A stretch of DNA of 64,000 nucleotides from Xanthobacter sp. (GTDB taxonomy: Bacteria; Pseudomonadota; Alphaproteobacteria; Rhizobiales; Xanthobacteraceae), in NCBI GenBank assembly GCA_035911315.1, contig JAMHVS010000061.1, positions 103,769-167,768 on the forward strand. The letters are read 5' to 3'. The stretch's first letter is position 1, and every line of letters starts with the position of its first letter. The notes below the pieces were generated by a model. It was not told the origin of the DNA and ran no database searches. It saw only the letters and a program-made list of their open reading frames with translations. Positions 8,987-17,975 of this stretch are shown here, piece by piece. The position numbers and the translations under genes are program-made.

Positions 8987-9937
8987 GTGGCACCTCATGG
9001 CCCGCATATGGCAAGGAGCGATCTCATGGCTGATGGCAGCAACACCCCGGTTGGCAGTATTCTGGAAGAGCAGAAGGCTCCGCCCCTTGTGTCCGGCCTG
9101 TCTGCCTTCGCTGATGATTATGATGTTATCCTGTGTGACATCTGGGGGGTGGTGCATAATGGCGTGGCTGCTTTTCCGGCGGCCTGCACGGCACTGCGCA
9201 ATGCGCGGGATATCGGCAAGAGGGTGGTTCTGGTCTCCAATGCCCCCCGCCCCAACTCCTCCGTCGCAACCATACTGGATGGACTGGGCGCCCCGCGCAG
9301 CACCTATGATGCCATCGTGACCTCCGGTGATGTCACCCGCACGCTTCTGGCCGAACAACCGGCCATCAAGGTCTTCCATCTCGGTCCGGAACGCGACCTG
9401 CCGCTGTTCGACACTCTGGATCTGAAGCGCGTACCACTGGAACATGCGCAGATGGTGGTGTGCACCGGCCTGTTCGATGACACTGTGGAAACAGCGGATG
9501 ATTACGCAGAGATGCTCGCCGCCATGAAGGCGCGGGACCTGCCCTTCATCTGCGCCAATCCTGATATTGTGGTGGAACGCGGTGCACAGCTCATTTACTG
9601 CGCGGGTGCCATCGCCATCGCCTATGAGGCGTTGGGCGGCGAGGTCACCTATTGTGGCAAGCCGCATCTGCCCATTTATGATGTTGCCCTGCGCACTGCG
9701 GCCCGGTTGCGGGATGCTCCCGTGGATAAAACACGCGTTCTCGGCATTGGCGATGCGTTGCGCACGGATATTCTGGGCGCAAGCCGGGCGGGTTTCGACA
9801 GCCTGTTCATCGCAGCGGGTATCCATGCGGGCGAACTGAATGCCGATGACCAGACCCCGCCGGATGCCGAAGCGCTCAAGGGGCTGTTCGCAGGCCAGCC
9901 GCAGCCGCGCGGGGTCATGTCCCGCCTCTCCTGGTAG
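8987..9937 (+). CDS. HAD-superfamily subfamily IIA hydrolase (TIGR01459-like)
   Basis: Motif I in DVILCDIWGVVHNG, then VLVSNAPR, and the late motif GIGDALRTDILGA. This family often precedes ribF in alphaproteobacteria. The exact start is uncertain. Confidence 0.8.
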   Translation: MAPHGPHMARSDLMADGSNTPVGSILEEQKAPPLVSGLSAFADDYDVILCDIWGVVHNGVAAFPAACTALRNARDIGKRVVLVSNAPRPNSSVATILDGLGAPRSTYDAIVTSGDVTRTLLAEQPAIKVFHLGPERDLPLFDTLDLKRVPLEHAQMVVCTGLFDDTVETADDYAEMLAAMKARDLPFICANPDIVVERGAQLIYCAGAIAIAYEALGGEVTYCGKPHLPIYDVALRTAARLRDAPVDKTRVLGIGDALRTDILGASRAGFDSLFIAAGIHAGELNADDQTPPDAEALKGLFAGQPQPRGVMSRLSW

Positions 9938-10217
9938 CCTGAACGCACCTCCTGTGCGCCTTCCGGCTTGACGTCTGCGCCGGGGTGCGCCTAGAGCTTC
10001 TGCGTCTGGTCAGGTGCCGCATGGGTTCGCCCACAAGGTACCATGCCAGTTCGACATGAATACCGGCAAGGCATGGTAGCTGCCCACATGCGAGAACATG
10101 GCCATGCCCCAGGGTAGAATGATGCAGCGGGGGCTGCACGCGCGGGCGGAACATATCTCGCCTCGCCAGATGCTCCCTCTGCTCCTGAACCTCTCGTCTG
10201 CCCTTTGCCGGATTTGA

Positions 10218-11174
10218 ATGCAGATGCCTTTGCCTCCTGCCCATGCACCGCTCCTGCTGCGCAATCCTGAAACCCTTCCGCCTGAATTTGCACGGCCAGT
10301 TCTGGCCATCGGCAATTTCGATGGAGTGCATCGGGGGCACAGGGCCGTATTCGCGGCTGCGCAGGACATGGCCGCGCGCAAGAATGTGCCGGCGCTGGCG
10401 CTGACCTTCGAGCCCCATCCGCGCAGCTTTTTCAATCCTCAGGCAGCACCCTTTCGCCTGACCCCCGAGGCAGAAAAGCTGGCGCTCATCCAGCTGAGCG
10501 GCCTTAACGGCACGCTCATCCTACCCTTCGACAAGGCTCTCGCCAGCATGGAGGCGGAGGACTTCGTACGGGATATTCTGGTGGCCCGATACCAGATCAG
10601 CGGTGCGGTCGTGGGATTTGATTTCCATTTCGGCCGGGCCCGGGCGGGCTCTCCCGCTTTCCTGAAGGATGCCGGGGCGCGTCATGGCTTCGAGGTGGGC
10701 GTGGTGGATGCCTTGCTGGATGAGGGCGACCCCATCTCCTCAAGCGCCATTCGCCGTGCTTTGGCCGAGGGACAGGTGGGCCATGCTGCGCATATGCTGG
10801 GCCGCCCGTTCCGGGTTTCGGCACTGGTGCGGCATGGACAGAAGTTGGGGCGCGAACTGGGCTTTCCCACCGCCAATCTGGCACTGAATGACGACGTGAA
10901 CCTGGCGTTTGGCATCTATGCCGTGCGGGTACACACGCCGCAGGGACTGTTCGACGGGGTCGCCAGCTATGGTCGCCGGCCCACCTTCGACAATGGTGCG
11001 GCGCTGCTTGAGGTCTATATTTTTGACTTTTCCGGTGACCTCTATGACCAGACCCTTGAGGTGGACCTCATTGCCTGGCTGCGCCCGGAACTGAAGTTCG
11101 ATGGCGTGGAACCGCTGGTCGCGCAGATTCATGAAGATGTGCGCCGGGCGCGCGAGTTGCTCGCTGATGGCTGA
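10218..11174 (+). CDS. ribF: Bifunctional riboflavin kinase / FMN adenylyltransferase
   Basis: AIGNFDGVHRGH nucleotidyltransferase motif and a C-terminal riboflavin kinase domain (GFPTANL, GIYAV, RPTF, LEVYIFDFSGDLY). Confidence 0.95.
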   Translation: MQMPLPPAHAPLLLRNPETLPPEFARPVLAIGNFDGVHRGHRAVFAAAQDMAARKNVPALALTFEPHPRSFFNPQAAPFRLTPEAEKLALIQLSGLNGTLILPFDKALASMEAEDFVRDILVARYQISGAVVGFDFHFGRARAGSPAFLKDAGARHGFEVGVVDALLDEGDPISSSAIRRALAEGQVGHAAHMLGRPFRVSALVRHGQKLGRELGFPTANLALNDDVNLAFGIYAVRVHTPQGLFDGVASYGRRPTFDNGAALLEVYIFDFSGDLYDQTLEVDLIAWLRPELKFDGVEPLVAQIHEDVRRARELLADG

Positions 11175-11269
11175 TGCCGCTCGCGCATCATCTCACTCTG
11201 CAGCCCGAAGAAATCTGAAGAGATGATGAGAACATGCCAGTCTGTATCACTGGCTGTATCCTCCACGTC

Positions 11270-11660
11270 ATTTTCAAAATTAGAATATTCAGATATAGAT
11301 ATTTATATTTATATATTCTATTCGAACAAATATCATCGAAAGATGAGAGAAAAGAAAAATTCATCTGATCTGTATTTATTTTTCGGTGCAATATGATTTG
11401 GAGTCGCTGCCACATAGTGCCGGGTTGAACAGGGATAGTACTGGTCCAATATGTCAGTTCTCAAATTGCACCGGCGTGAAAGCATAAGTTTGAGGCTTTC
11501 CATCATATTAATCAGCCGGACACTGTGATTTTGAATTATATTTTATATGTATTGATGATAATATGTAATTTGTAACAATTTATATTGAAGTAAATTATAT
11601 TTATATATTTGTATTATTATTGTAATTTCGGTCTATATATTGTGTTGATATGTTTCCTGC
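11270..11660. other. Sharply AT-rich non-coding tract with a repeated 15-mer
   Basis: By my count, nt 11521-11640 contain 19 G+C in 120 nt (about 16%), against roughly 60% in the flanks. The 15-mer ttatatttatatatt occurs at 11303-11317 and again at 11595-11609. Confidence 0.7.
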
Positions 11661-11762
11661 TGGCGATAAATGCATGGCGGGCTCGCCAATCCTGCATCGC
11701 AATTGAAGATGCTCCGTTCTGTGTGGGGGCGTCAAACTGACTTGATGAAGGATGAAAAGATA

Positions 11763-12116
11763 ATGGCACTACAAATCAAGCGGCTGGCTACATGCGCCGT
11801 TTTTTTTGCATCTCTGGTCCCCAGTGTTGCTCTTGCTCAGTCGGCGGCACGGAACCAGTGCGAGTTTTACGGCGAGAAACGATTTATCGGCATTGCCAAC
11901 GGTGAGGCCGTCGCACTTGAAGGCCAGAAAGAAGTTTACAACACGATGGCATTCAAGACGTATCAGGGAAAACCAGCCAAGATCACGTCAGTGAAGGTCA
12001 AGAATGGCTGCATGGCTGGCGTCACAAGTGGGATTGGTACTGGCGCGTCTGAGTATAATAAAGATATTGCCGTCAATAAGAGCACAACAACCGGCCTCTA
12101 CTGCATTTGTAAATAA
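11763..12116 (+). CDS. Small secreted protein with a beta/gamma-crystallin-type Greek-key signature (hypothetical)
   Basis: Sec signal peptide MALQIKRLATCAVFFASLVPSVALA. The mature part has YGEKRFIG (YxxxxFxG) followed by ITSVKV, as in beta/gamma-crystallin and inhibitor-I36-type domains. There are 4 Cys in the mature part. The listed ORF starts at 11670, but the Met at 11763 gives the signal peptide. Confidence 0.5.
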   Translation: MALQIKRLATCAVFFASLVPSVALAQSAARNQCEFYGEKRFIGIANGEAVALEGQKEVYNTMAFKTYQGKPAKITSVKVKNGCMAGVTSGIGTGASEYNKDIAVNKSTTTGLYCICK

Positions 12117-12505
12117 GGAAAATGCAGTTCGTTCTTTGAATTTCATTTATGAATCATCCCCAGTATTAATGCGTGGGGAGGATTTTTGTATTGTTGGGGC
12201 TGGCCTGTGTCCGGGGTCCAATATTATGAGGCGCGCTCATCATCAGGATCTTGGGGGCTGGGTTACGGCGTAGGGGCGCGCAACCAATGTCTTGAACCGC
12301 CGCAGGTTTGCCGGAGACCGTTTATTTTAGATTATGTGGCGATGTCTGATGTATCCAGCATGGCTCCTAGGCCTCGGCTCGCCTGTCATTCGCGATAGAG
12401 AATGGACGCGTATTGTGAGCAGCAGTGAGCCGCTGCGTGTTTCATGAACCTGATCCTGTCGAGATGTCCACGAAATCGGCAGCAGCCCAATTTGTCGATG
12501 CCGGA

Positions 12506-13066
12506 TCAGCGTAGGCGTTCTGTCCATGCAGCAAGGGCGACGAGGAGGTCGCGGATGAAGACCTGCGTCGTCTCGTCCGTCAGCTGGCCCTGGGCGTCGA
12601 ACTTGTTCTGAGCGCCGCCGATCATCACCTCCGGCTTGTTGAGGGGGAAGGCGTTGAGGAAGACGAGCATCTGACGCAGCTGATACTGGGCACGCGCCGT
12701 TCCCAGTGCGCCGGCACTGGCGCCCATGATGGCAACAGGCTTGCCATCAAAGGGCTGGCTTGGGGGGCGGGAGGCCCAGTCGATGGCATTCTTCAAGACG
12801 CCGGGGATCGAGTAGTTGAACTCGGGCGTGACAAACAAGATGGCGTCCGCAGCTGACAGCTGGTCCCGGAAGCGCTGCACTTCTGGCGGGTATCCGGCAA
12901 GGCGGGTGTCGTCATTATAATGTGGCAGGTCGCCGATTTTGGCTTCCTCAATCACCATGCCCTCAGGAGCAAGGCCGATGGCGGCCTTCAACGCTGCTGT
13001 ATTATAGGAATTCGCGCGCAGGCTGCCGGATATGGCAACCACACGGATTGGTCGGCTCGTCGTCAT
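12506..13066 (-). CDS. NADPH-dependent FMN reductase (ChrR/YieF-like flavin reductase)
   Basis: ISGSLRANSYN, TPEFNYSIPGVLKNAIDW and a flavodoxin-like fold. 186 aa. Confidence 0.85.
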   Translation of the reverse strand: MTTSRPIRVVAISGSLRANSYNTAALKAAIGLAPEGMVIEEAKIGDLPHYNDDTRLAGYPPEVQRFRDQLSAADAILFVTPEFNYSIPGVLKNAIDWASRPPSQPFDGKPVAIMGASAGALGTARAQYQLRQMLVFLNAFPLNKPEVMIGGAQNKFDAQGQLTDETTQVFIRDLLVALAAWTERLR

Positions 13067-13100
13067 GCTTGTCTCCCTGGATCAGGTCAATGCCGGCCTG

Positions 13101-13388
13101 TCAGCCTTGGCGGCGGATGAACCCGGTGATGGAAATACGGTCCCAGATGCCGGCGGCATGGAAGGGGTCTGCCGCGTTGAAGCGTTCCACCGCCGCCTTG
13201 TCCGGTGCCTCGACCAGAAACAGGCTTCCGATCATGGTTGTCCCGTCTTCCCCGACCAGTGGGCCGGACATGACGATGGAAATGCCAAAAGCCGAGGTGT
13301 CAGCCAGAAAGGCCTTGTGCGCTTCATAATGCGCAAGGCGCGTTTCAAGCGCACCGGCCCGGTCCTGCGCATGGATTGCGAAAAGCAT
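13101..13388 (-). CDS. YciI-family protein
   Basis: 95 aa. HLxxHxAF-type N-terminus (RLAHYEAHKAFL) and DPFxxAGxW (DPFHAAGIW), typical of YciI-like proteins. Confidence 0.8.
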   Translation of the reverse strand: MLFAIHAQDRAGALETRLAHYEAHKAFLADTSAFGISIVMSGPLVGEDGTTMIGSLFLVEAPDKAAVERFNAADPFHAAGIWDRISITGFIRRQG

Positions 13389-13489
13389 GGGTCATCCTTG
13401 AAAGGTGATGGTTCTGGGAAGGGGCGTGGCCTTTGGAAACGCAAGGTCACGCCACCGGTTTGCGGCAGGCGATGGGCTGTGCGGCCCGC

Positions 13490-14461
13490 CTATTTCTTGG
13501 TTTCCATCGCAGCGGCCTCTTCCCATGTCGGGCAGGTGCGCGCATCCAGCGCCACATCATAGGGCTGGTAATTGGAGGCGTTGATGACCGTGGGCTTGAG
13601 GACGACTTCCTTCACCACGCTCTCACCGCGCAGATCACGGATGGCGATCATGGTGCCGATGCAGCCCTGCAGGAAGCCGTTATAATCGCCCGAGGCCAGC
13701 AGCTTTCCGGTCTTGATGGCATCCACCGCTTCCTTTGTGCCATTGATACCGGCTACCTGTGCCTTGCGGTTTGCCCCATCCAGAGCCTCGATCGCGCCGA
13801 TGGCCATGGCATCATTGGCAGCCAGCACACCATCAATCTGCGGATGGGACTGCATCAAATTCTCCAGAACCTGAAGACCCTGCAATCGCTGGTAATTTGC
13901 GGGCTGGCTGGCGACCAGCTTCACATCCTTGAATTCCTTGATGGCATCGTTGAAGCCGCGGACACGATCGATCGAGGTGAGCGACCCCTTCACGCCTTCC
14001 AGAATGACCACATTGCCCTTGCCGCCAATGGCATTCAAAAGAAACCGCCCGGTTTCAAGACCTAGGCTGTAGTCATCGGCCCCGACAAAGGCGACATACT
14101 CACCACCTGCACCGCGATCCGTGACATTCACCACAGGGATGCCGGCCTCATTGATCATCTCGACGCCCGGTGTCATGGCCTTGTAGTCGACCGGAACGAA
14201 GACGATGGCGTTCGGTTTTTTGACGATGACGTCCTCGATCTGGCTCAGCTGCTCGGGGATTGAGTCCGGCTTGGTGGGAATGTAGTGCACCGCCGTCGCG
14301 CCCATGGATTTGGCAGCGACATCCGCGCCCACGCGCACGGTCTGGAAATAGGGGTTGGTCTGGTTCTTGGTGAAGACGGCGATGGTTTCATCGGCCGCCC
14401 ATGCACCGGTCGCCAGCAGGGCGGCGGGGAGCAGGGCGGCGAGATATGTCAGCTTCTTCAT
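13490..14461 (-). CDS. Sugar (CUT2/ribose-type) ABC transporter periplasmic substrate-binding protein
   Basis: The Met at 14461 is preceded by GGAGGA. Signal peptide MKKLTYLAALLPAALLATGAWA. Periplasmic-binding-protein type I fold (IAVFTKNQTNPYF...). Confidence 0.9.
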   Translation of the reverse strand: MKKLTYLAALLPAALLATGAWAADETIAVFTKNQTNPYFQTVRVGADVAAKSMGATAVHYIPTKPDSIPEQLSQIEDVIVKKPNAIVFVPVDYKAMTPGVEMINEAGIPVVNVTDRGAGGEYVAFVGADDYSLGLETGRFLLNAIGGKGNVVILEGVKGSLTSIDRVRGFNDAIKEFKDVKLVASQPANYQRLQGLQVLENLMQSHPQIDGVLAANDAMAIGAIEALDGANRKAQVAGINGTKEAVDAIKTGKLLASGDYNGFLQGCIGTMIAIRDLRGESVVKEVVLKPTVINASNYQPYDVALDARTCPTWEEAAAMETKK

Positions 14462-14501
14462 TGGGTTTTCCTCCGGTTTTCTGTTTTTTGATGTGGGCCG
14501 T

Positions 14502-15476
14502 TCAGGCCTTCTTGCGTCCGTACATGTCGAGCCACACGGCGAAGATGACGATGGCTCCGGTGACGAGGGGCTGCCAGCTGGCATTCACGGCCAGCAGGTT
14601 CATGCCGTTGAGAACGAGAGTCAGGATCAGCGCGCCGATGAAGGTTCCGAACACGCTGCCGATGCCACCAAACAGGGAGGCTCCGCCAATGAGCACGGCG
14701 GCGATGGCCGGCAGGGTCATGGTCTCGCCAATGTCACCCTCGGCCGAGTTGAGGCGGGCGAGGAAGACGATGGAGGCAACACCCGCCATCGCCCCTGAAA
14801 AGGCATAGACAAGGATGAGGCGTCGATCGACCGGGATGCCGGTGAGGCGGGCCGCGACCGGATTGGCGCCAATCGCGTAGATCTGCTGGCCCCACACCGT
14901 GCGCTGGGCAAAGAAGGTTCCGGCCAGCAGAAACACCACCATCAGATAGATGGGAATGGGAATGCCGAGGAAATAGCCGGACCCGATCTGCCGGAACTCT
15001 GGCGGGAAGCCGTGAATGCTTTCACCCGCCATGTAGTAATAGGTAATGCCGTGCAGAACCCAGAGCATGCCATAGGTGGCGATGAATGAGGGAATGCGCA
15101 GCTTGGCGACCATCAGCCCGTTGCACAGGCCGATGAGCAAGCCCGTGGCAAGGCCCGCCAGCGTGCCCAGAACCGGGGAGCCGGTGGCCTTGATGGCAGT
15201 TGCCGCCATGCAGGCGGAAAGCCCGATATTGGCCCCCACCGAGAGATCAAGCCCGCCGGTGAGAATGACCAGCGTGAGGCCGGATGCGAGAAAGAACAGA
15301 AGGCTGGCCTGCCGCAACACATTGAGAATGTTGTTGGAGGTGAGGAAGGCATCCGAGGCGATGCTGAGTGCAAGACACAGCAGGCCTGCCGCCAGCAGCC
15401 GGTAGACAAGCTGCTGCATGTCCTTGGACAGATGGATGCCGGAAGCACCCGTGGTGGGATTGTCCGTGATGCTCAT
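14502..15476 (-). CDS. Sugar ABC transporter permease (RbsC-like)
   Basis: Multi-TM BPD_transp_2-type sequence (GGLDLSVGA...). 4-nt overlap with the upstream permease gene. Confidence 0.9.
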   Translation of the reverse strand: MSITDNPTTGASGIHLSKDMQQLVYRLLAAGLLCLALSIASDAFLTSNNILNVLRQASLLFFLASGLTLVILTGGLDLSVGANIGLSACMAATAIKATGSPVLGTLAGLATGLLIGLCNGLMVAKLRIPSFIATYGMLWVLHGITYYYMAGESIHGFPPEFRQIGSGYFLGIPIPIYLMVVFLLAGTFFAQRTVWGQQIYAIGANPVAARLTGIPVDRRLILVYAFSGAMAGVASIVFLARLNSAEGDIGETMTLPAIAAVLIGGASLFGGIGSVFGTFIGALILTLVLNGMNLLAVNASWQPLVTGAIVIFAVWLDMYGRKKA

Positions 15477-16432
15477 GACTTGCTCCGCATGCCATCGAGG
15501 AGAAGGGCGAAGATGACGAGGACACCAATGCAGGTGACCTGAACCGAGGAGGGCACGGCCATCAGGTTCAGGCCGTTGCGCAGCACGCCCACGGTGAGCA
15601 CGCCCAACAGCGTGCCGAGCACCCAGCCATTGCCTTTTTCGAAGGAGGTGCCGCCCAGTGCCACGGCGGCGATGGCATCAAATTCCATGCCGATGGCAGC
15701 GGTTGGATGGCCGGCATTCATGCGCGCGGTCATCAGCAGTGCGGCGACCCCCGCCATGGCTCCGCCCAGCATGTAGACGCTGATGAGCAGGCGTTTCCAC
15801 TTCACGCCGGCCAGCGTCAGCGCATCCCGGTTTCCACCCAGCGCGCAGATATAGGTGCCAAAGCGCGTGTGATAGAGCAGCACATGGAACAGGGCGTAAA
15901 AGCCGATGCCGATGAGGATGGGGTTGGGAATGCCGATCACATCACCCGAATAGATCTGCCGGACATAACGCGGAATGCCCACCACGCTCTGCCCATCGGA
16001 AACGAGCAGTGCCAGCCCCTGCGCCGCACCCATGGTGCCGAGCGTTGCGACAAAGGGCGGAATGGAGAGCATCGACACCAGCCATCCATTCAGGAGGCCG
16101 AAGGCCAGCCCCACGCCGACAGCCGCCGCAAAGGCCAGAAGGAGCGAGCCGGTGGAGAGGATCGTCAGCGCCAGCACCAGTGATGCGAGGGTGAGCACCG
16201 CCCCCATGGAGAGGTCCAGCCCCTCTGTCATGATGATGAGGGTCATCGGCAGCGCCAGAAGCAGCAGGATGACCGACTGCACCAGAATATTGGAGAGGTT
16301 TCCTGTCGTCAGAAAGCCCGGGCTCAAGGCCGCGAACAGAATGAAGAGCAGTGCGAGCGCCATCACGACACCCGGAACCGAGGGCATCTTGACCCGTGCC
16401 GGTGCGGAGGGAGAAAGGGCCTGGTCACTCAT
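15473..16432 (-). CDS. Sugar ABC transporter permease (RbsC-like)
   Basis: Multi-TM with the GLDLSMGA motif. The likely start MSDQ at 16432 overlaps the ATPase stop by 8 nt. Confidence 0.9.
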   Translation of the reverse strand: MSDQALSPSAPARVKMPSVPGVVMALALLFILFAALSPGFLTTGNLSNILVQSVILLLLALPMTLIIMTEGLDLSMGAVLTLASLVLALTILSTGSLLLAFAAAVGVGLAFGLLNGWLVSMLSIPPFVATLGTMGAAQGLALLVSDGQSVVGIPRYVRQIYSGDVIGIPNPILIGIGFYALFHVLLYHTRFGTYICALGGNRDALTLAGVKWKRLLISVYMLGGAMAGVAALLMTARMNAGHPTAAIGMEFDAIAAVALGGTSFEKGNGWVLGTLLGVLTVGVLRNGLNLMAVPSSVQVTCIGVLVIFALLLDGMRSKS

Positions 16433-17975
16433 CGTGCATCCCCATTCGAACGATATTTTCTTCAGAAAGGTCGGAGCGGGACAGTTCGCCAACGATGCGC
16501 TTGGAGCGCATCACATAGGCCCGGTCGCAGACATGGACGATTTCCGCCTGCTCGGAGGAAATCATCAGCACCGCCGCGCCTTCCGAAACGAGCTGGTCGA
16601 TCAGGGCGAAGATTTCGGACTTCGCTCCCACATCGATGCCGCGCGTGGGCTCATCAAAGATGAAGAGGCGTGTGCCCGCCGCCAGCCACTTGCCGATGAC
16701 CACCTTCTGCTGGTTGCCACCGGAAAGGACGCCCACATTCTGGTTGGGCGAAGGGGTGGCGATGCGCAGTCGCTTGATGATCTCTTCCGCCGTGCGCCGC
16801 GCTGTGCGCGGTGAGAACAGGTTGTTGGGGAACAGCTTTGGCAGTCCGGCAACGGCCAGATTGTCGCCCACCGTGCGGATCAGCGCGAGGCCTTCGGTCT
16901 TGCGGCTTTCGGGAATGAGACCGACCCCGGCGCGCGAGGCCGCATCCGGCCCGCCATTCTGCTGTTTGCCGAACAGGCGGATCTCGCCGGCGGTCACTTC
17001 ATCTGCCCCGAAGATGGCGCGCGCCACCTCGGTTCGGCCCGAGCCCACCAGACCGCACAGGCCCACAATCTCGCCCGCGCGAATGGTGAGATTGATATCC
17101 TCGATGCCATTCTTGGCGCTCAGGCCCTTCACCTCCAGCACGACCTCGCCGGGGTCCGTGGTGAAGTGGCGGGGATAGGTCATGTCGATATTGCGACCCA
17201 CCATCATGCGCACGAGTTCATCCGGCGTGGAGGTGTCGGGCATGGCGCGCCCCACCATCTTGCCGTCGCGCAGCACGGTGATGCGGTCTCCCATCGAGAA
17301 GACCTCGGCCATGCGGTGCGAGATATAGATGATGGCCACGCCCTTGGCCTGGAGCTGGCGCATCACCTCGAACAGGCGCTCTGTTTCCCGGTCGGAGAGC
17401 GAGGCGGTCGGCTCATCCATCACCAGAATGCGGGCATTCTGCGAGAGAGCCTTGCCGATCTCGACCATCTGCTGCTGGGCGACGCCAAGCGTGTGGACCT
17501 TGGTGTAGGGGCTGACATCAAGGCCAATGAGGTCCAGCACCGCCTGTGCCTCACGATACAGCCGGCCACGGTCCAGCAGTCCGGGGATTTTCGAGCTGAA
17601 TTCACGGCCAAGGAAGATGTTCTGCGCCACATCCAGATAGGGAACGAGCGAGAATTCCTGAAAGATGACGGCGATGCCGAAACGGCGCGCATCGGCGGGC
17701 GAGTTGATCTCGACCTTCTCGCCATTGTGGAAGAACTCGCCCTCATCTGCCTGATAGGCCCCGCAGAGCACCTTCATGAGCGAGGATTTGCCGGCGCCAT
17801 TCTCGCCCAGCAGCATGTGCACCTCGCCCGGCCAGATCGGGAAGGACACATCATCCAGCGCCTTCACGCCGGGGAAGGATTTTGAGATGCCGCGCAGTTC
17901 CAGCAGGGGAAAGCCGGGCGGGTCGGCGGGGATGGGCTGGACAGTGCGGGGCATTGTATCGGGAACCGCTCTCAT
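16425..17975 (-). CDS. Sugar ABC transporter ATP-binding protein (duplicated ABC domains)
   Basis: Walker A GENGAGKSS, signature LSGGNQQK and two nucleotide-binding domains, as in RbsA/MglA. 4-nt overlap with the upstream FAD-oxidase gene. Confidence 0.95.
   Translation of the reverse strand: MRAVPDTMPRTVQPIPADPPGFPLLELRGISKSFPGVKALDDVSFPIWPGEVHMLLGENGAGKSSLMKVLCGAYQADEGEFFHNGEKVEINSPADARRFGIAVIFQEFSLVPYLDVAQNIFLGREFSSKIPGLLDRGRLYREAQAVLDLIGLDVSPYTKVHTLGVAQQQMVEIGKALSQNARILVMDEPTASLSDRETERLFEVMRQLQAKGVAIIYISHRMAEVFSMGDRITVLRDGKMVGRAMPDTSTPDELVRMMVGRNIDMTYPRHFTTDPGEVVLEVKGLSAKNGIEDINLTIRAGEIVGLCGLVGSGRTEVARAIFGADEVTAGEIRLFGKQQNGGPDAASRAGVGLIPESRKTEGLALIRTVGDNLAVAGLPKLFPNNLFSPRTARRTAEEIIKRLRIATPSPNQNVGVLSGGNQQKVVIGKWLAAGTRLFIFDEPTRGIDVGAKSEIFALIDQLVSEGAAVLMISSEQAEIVHVCDRAYVMRSKRIVGELSRSDLSEENIVRMGMHDE

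Noticed and set aside
11188-11415. A 75-aa minus-strand ORF in the AT-rich tract.
   Set aside because: The translation is dominated by Ile/Leu/Lys/Tyr/Asn from AT-rich codons (KYKYLYLNILILK). There is no ribosome-binding site and no signal or TM logic. It is most likely non-coding.
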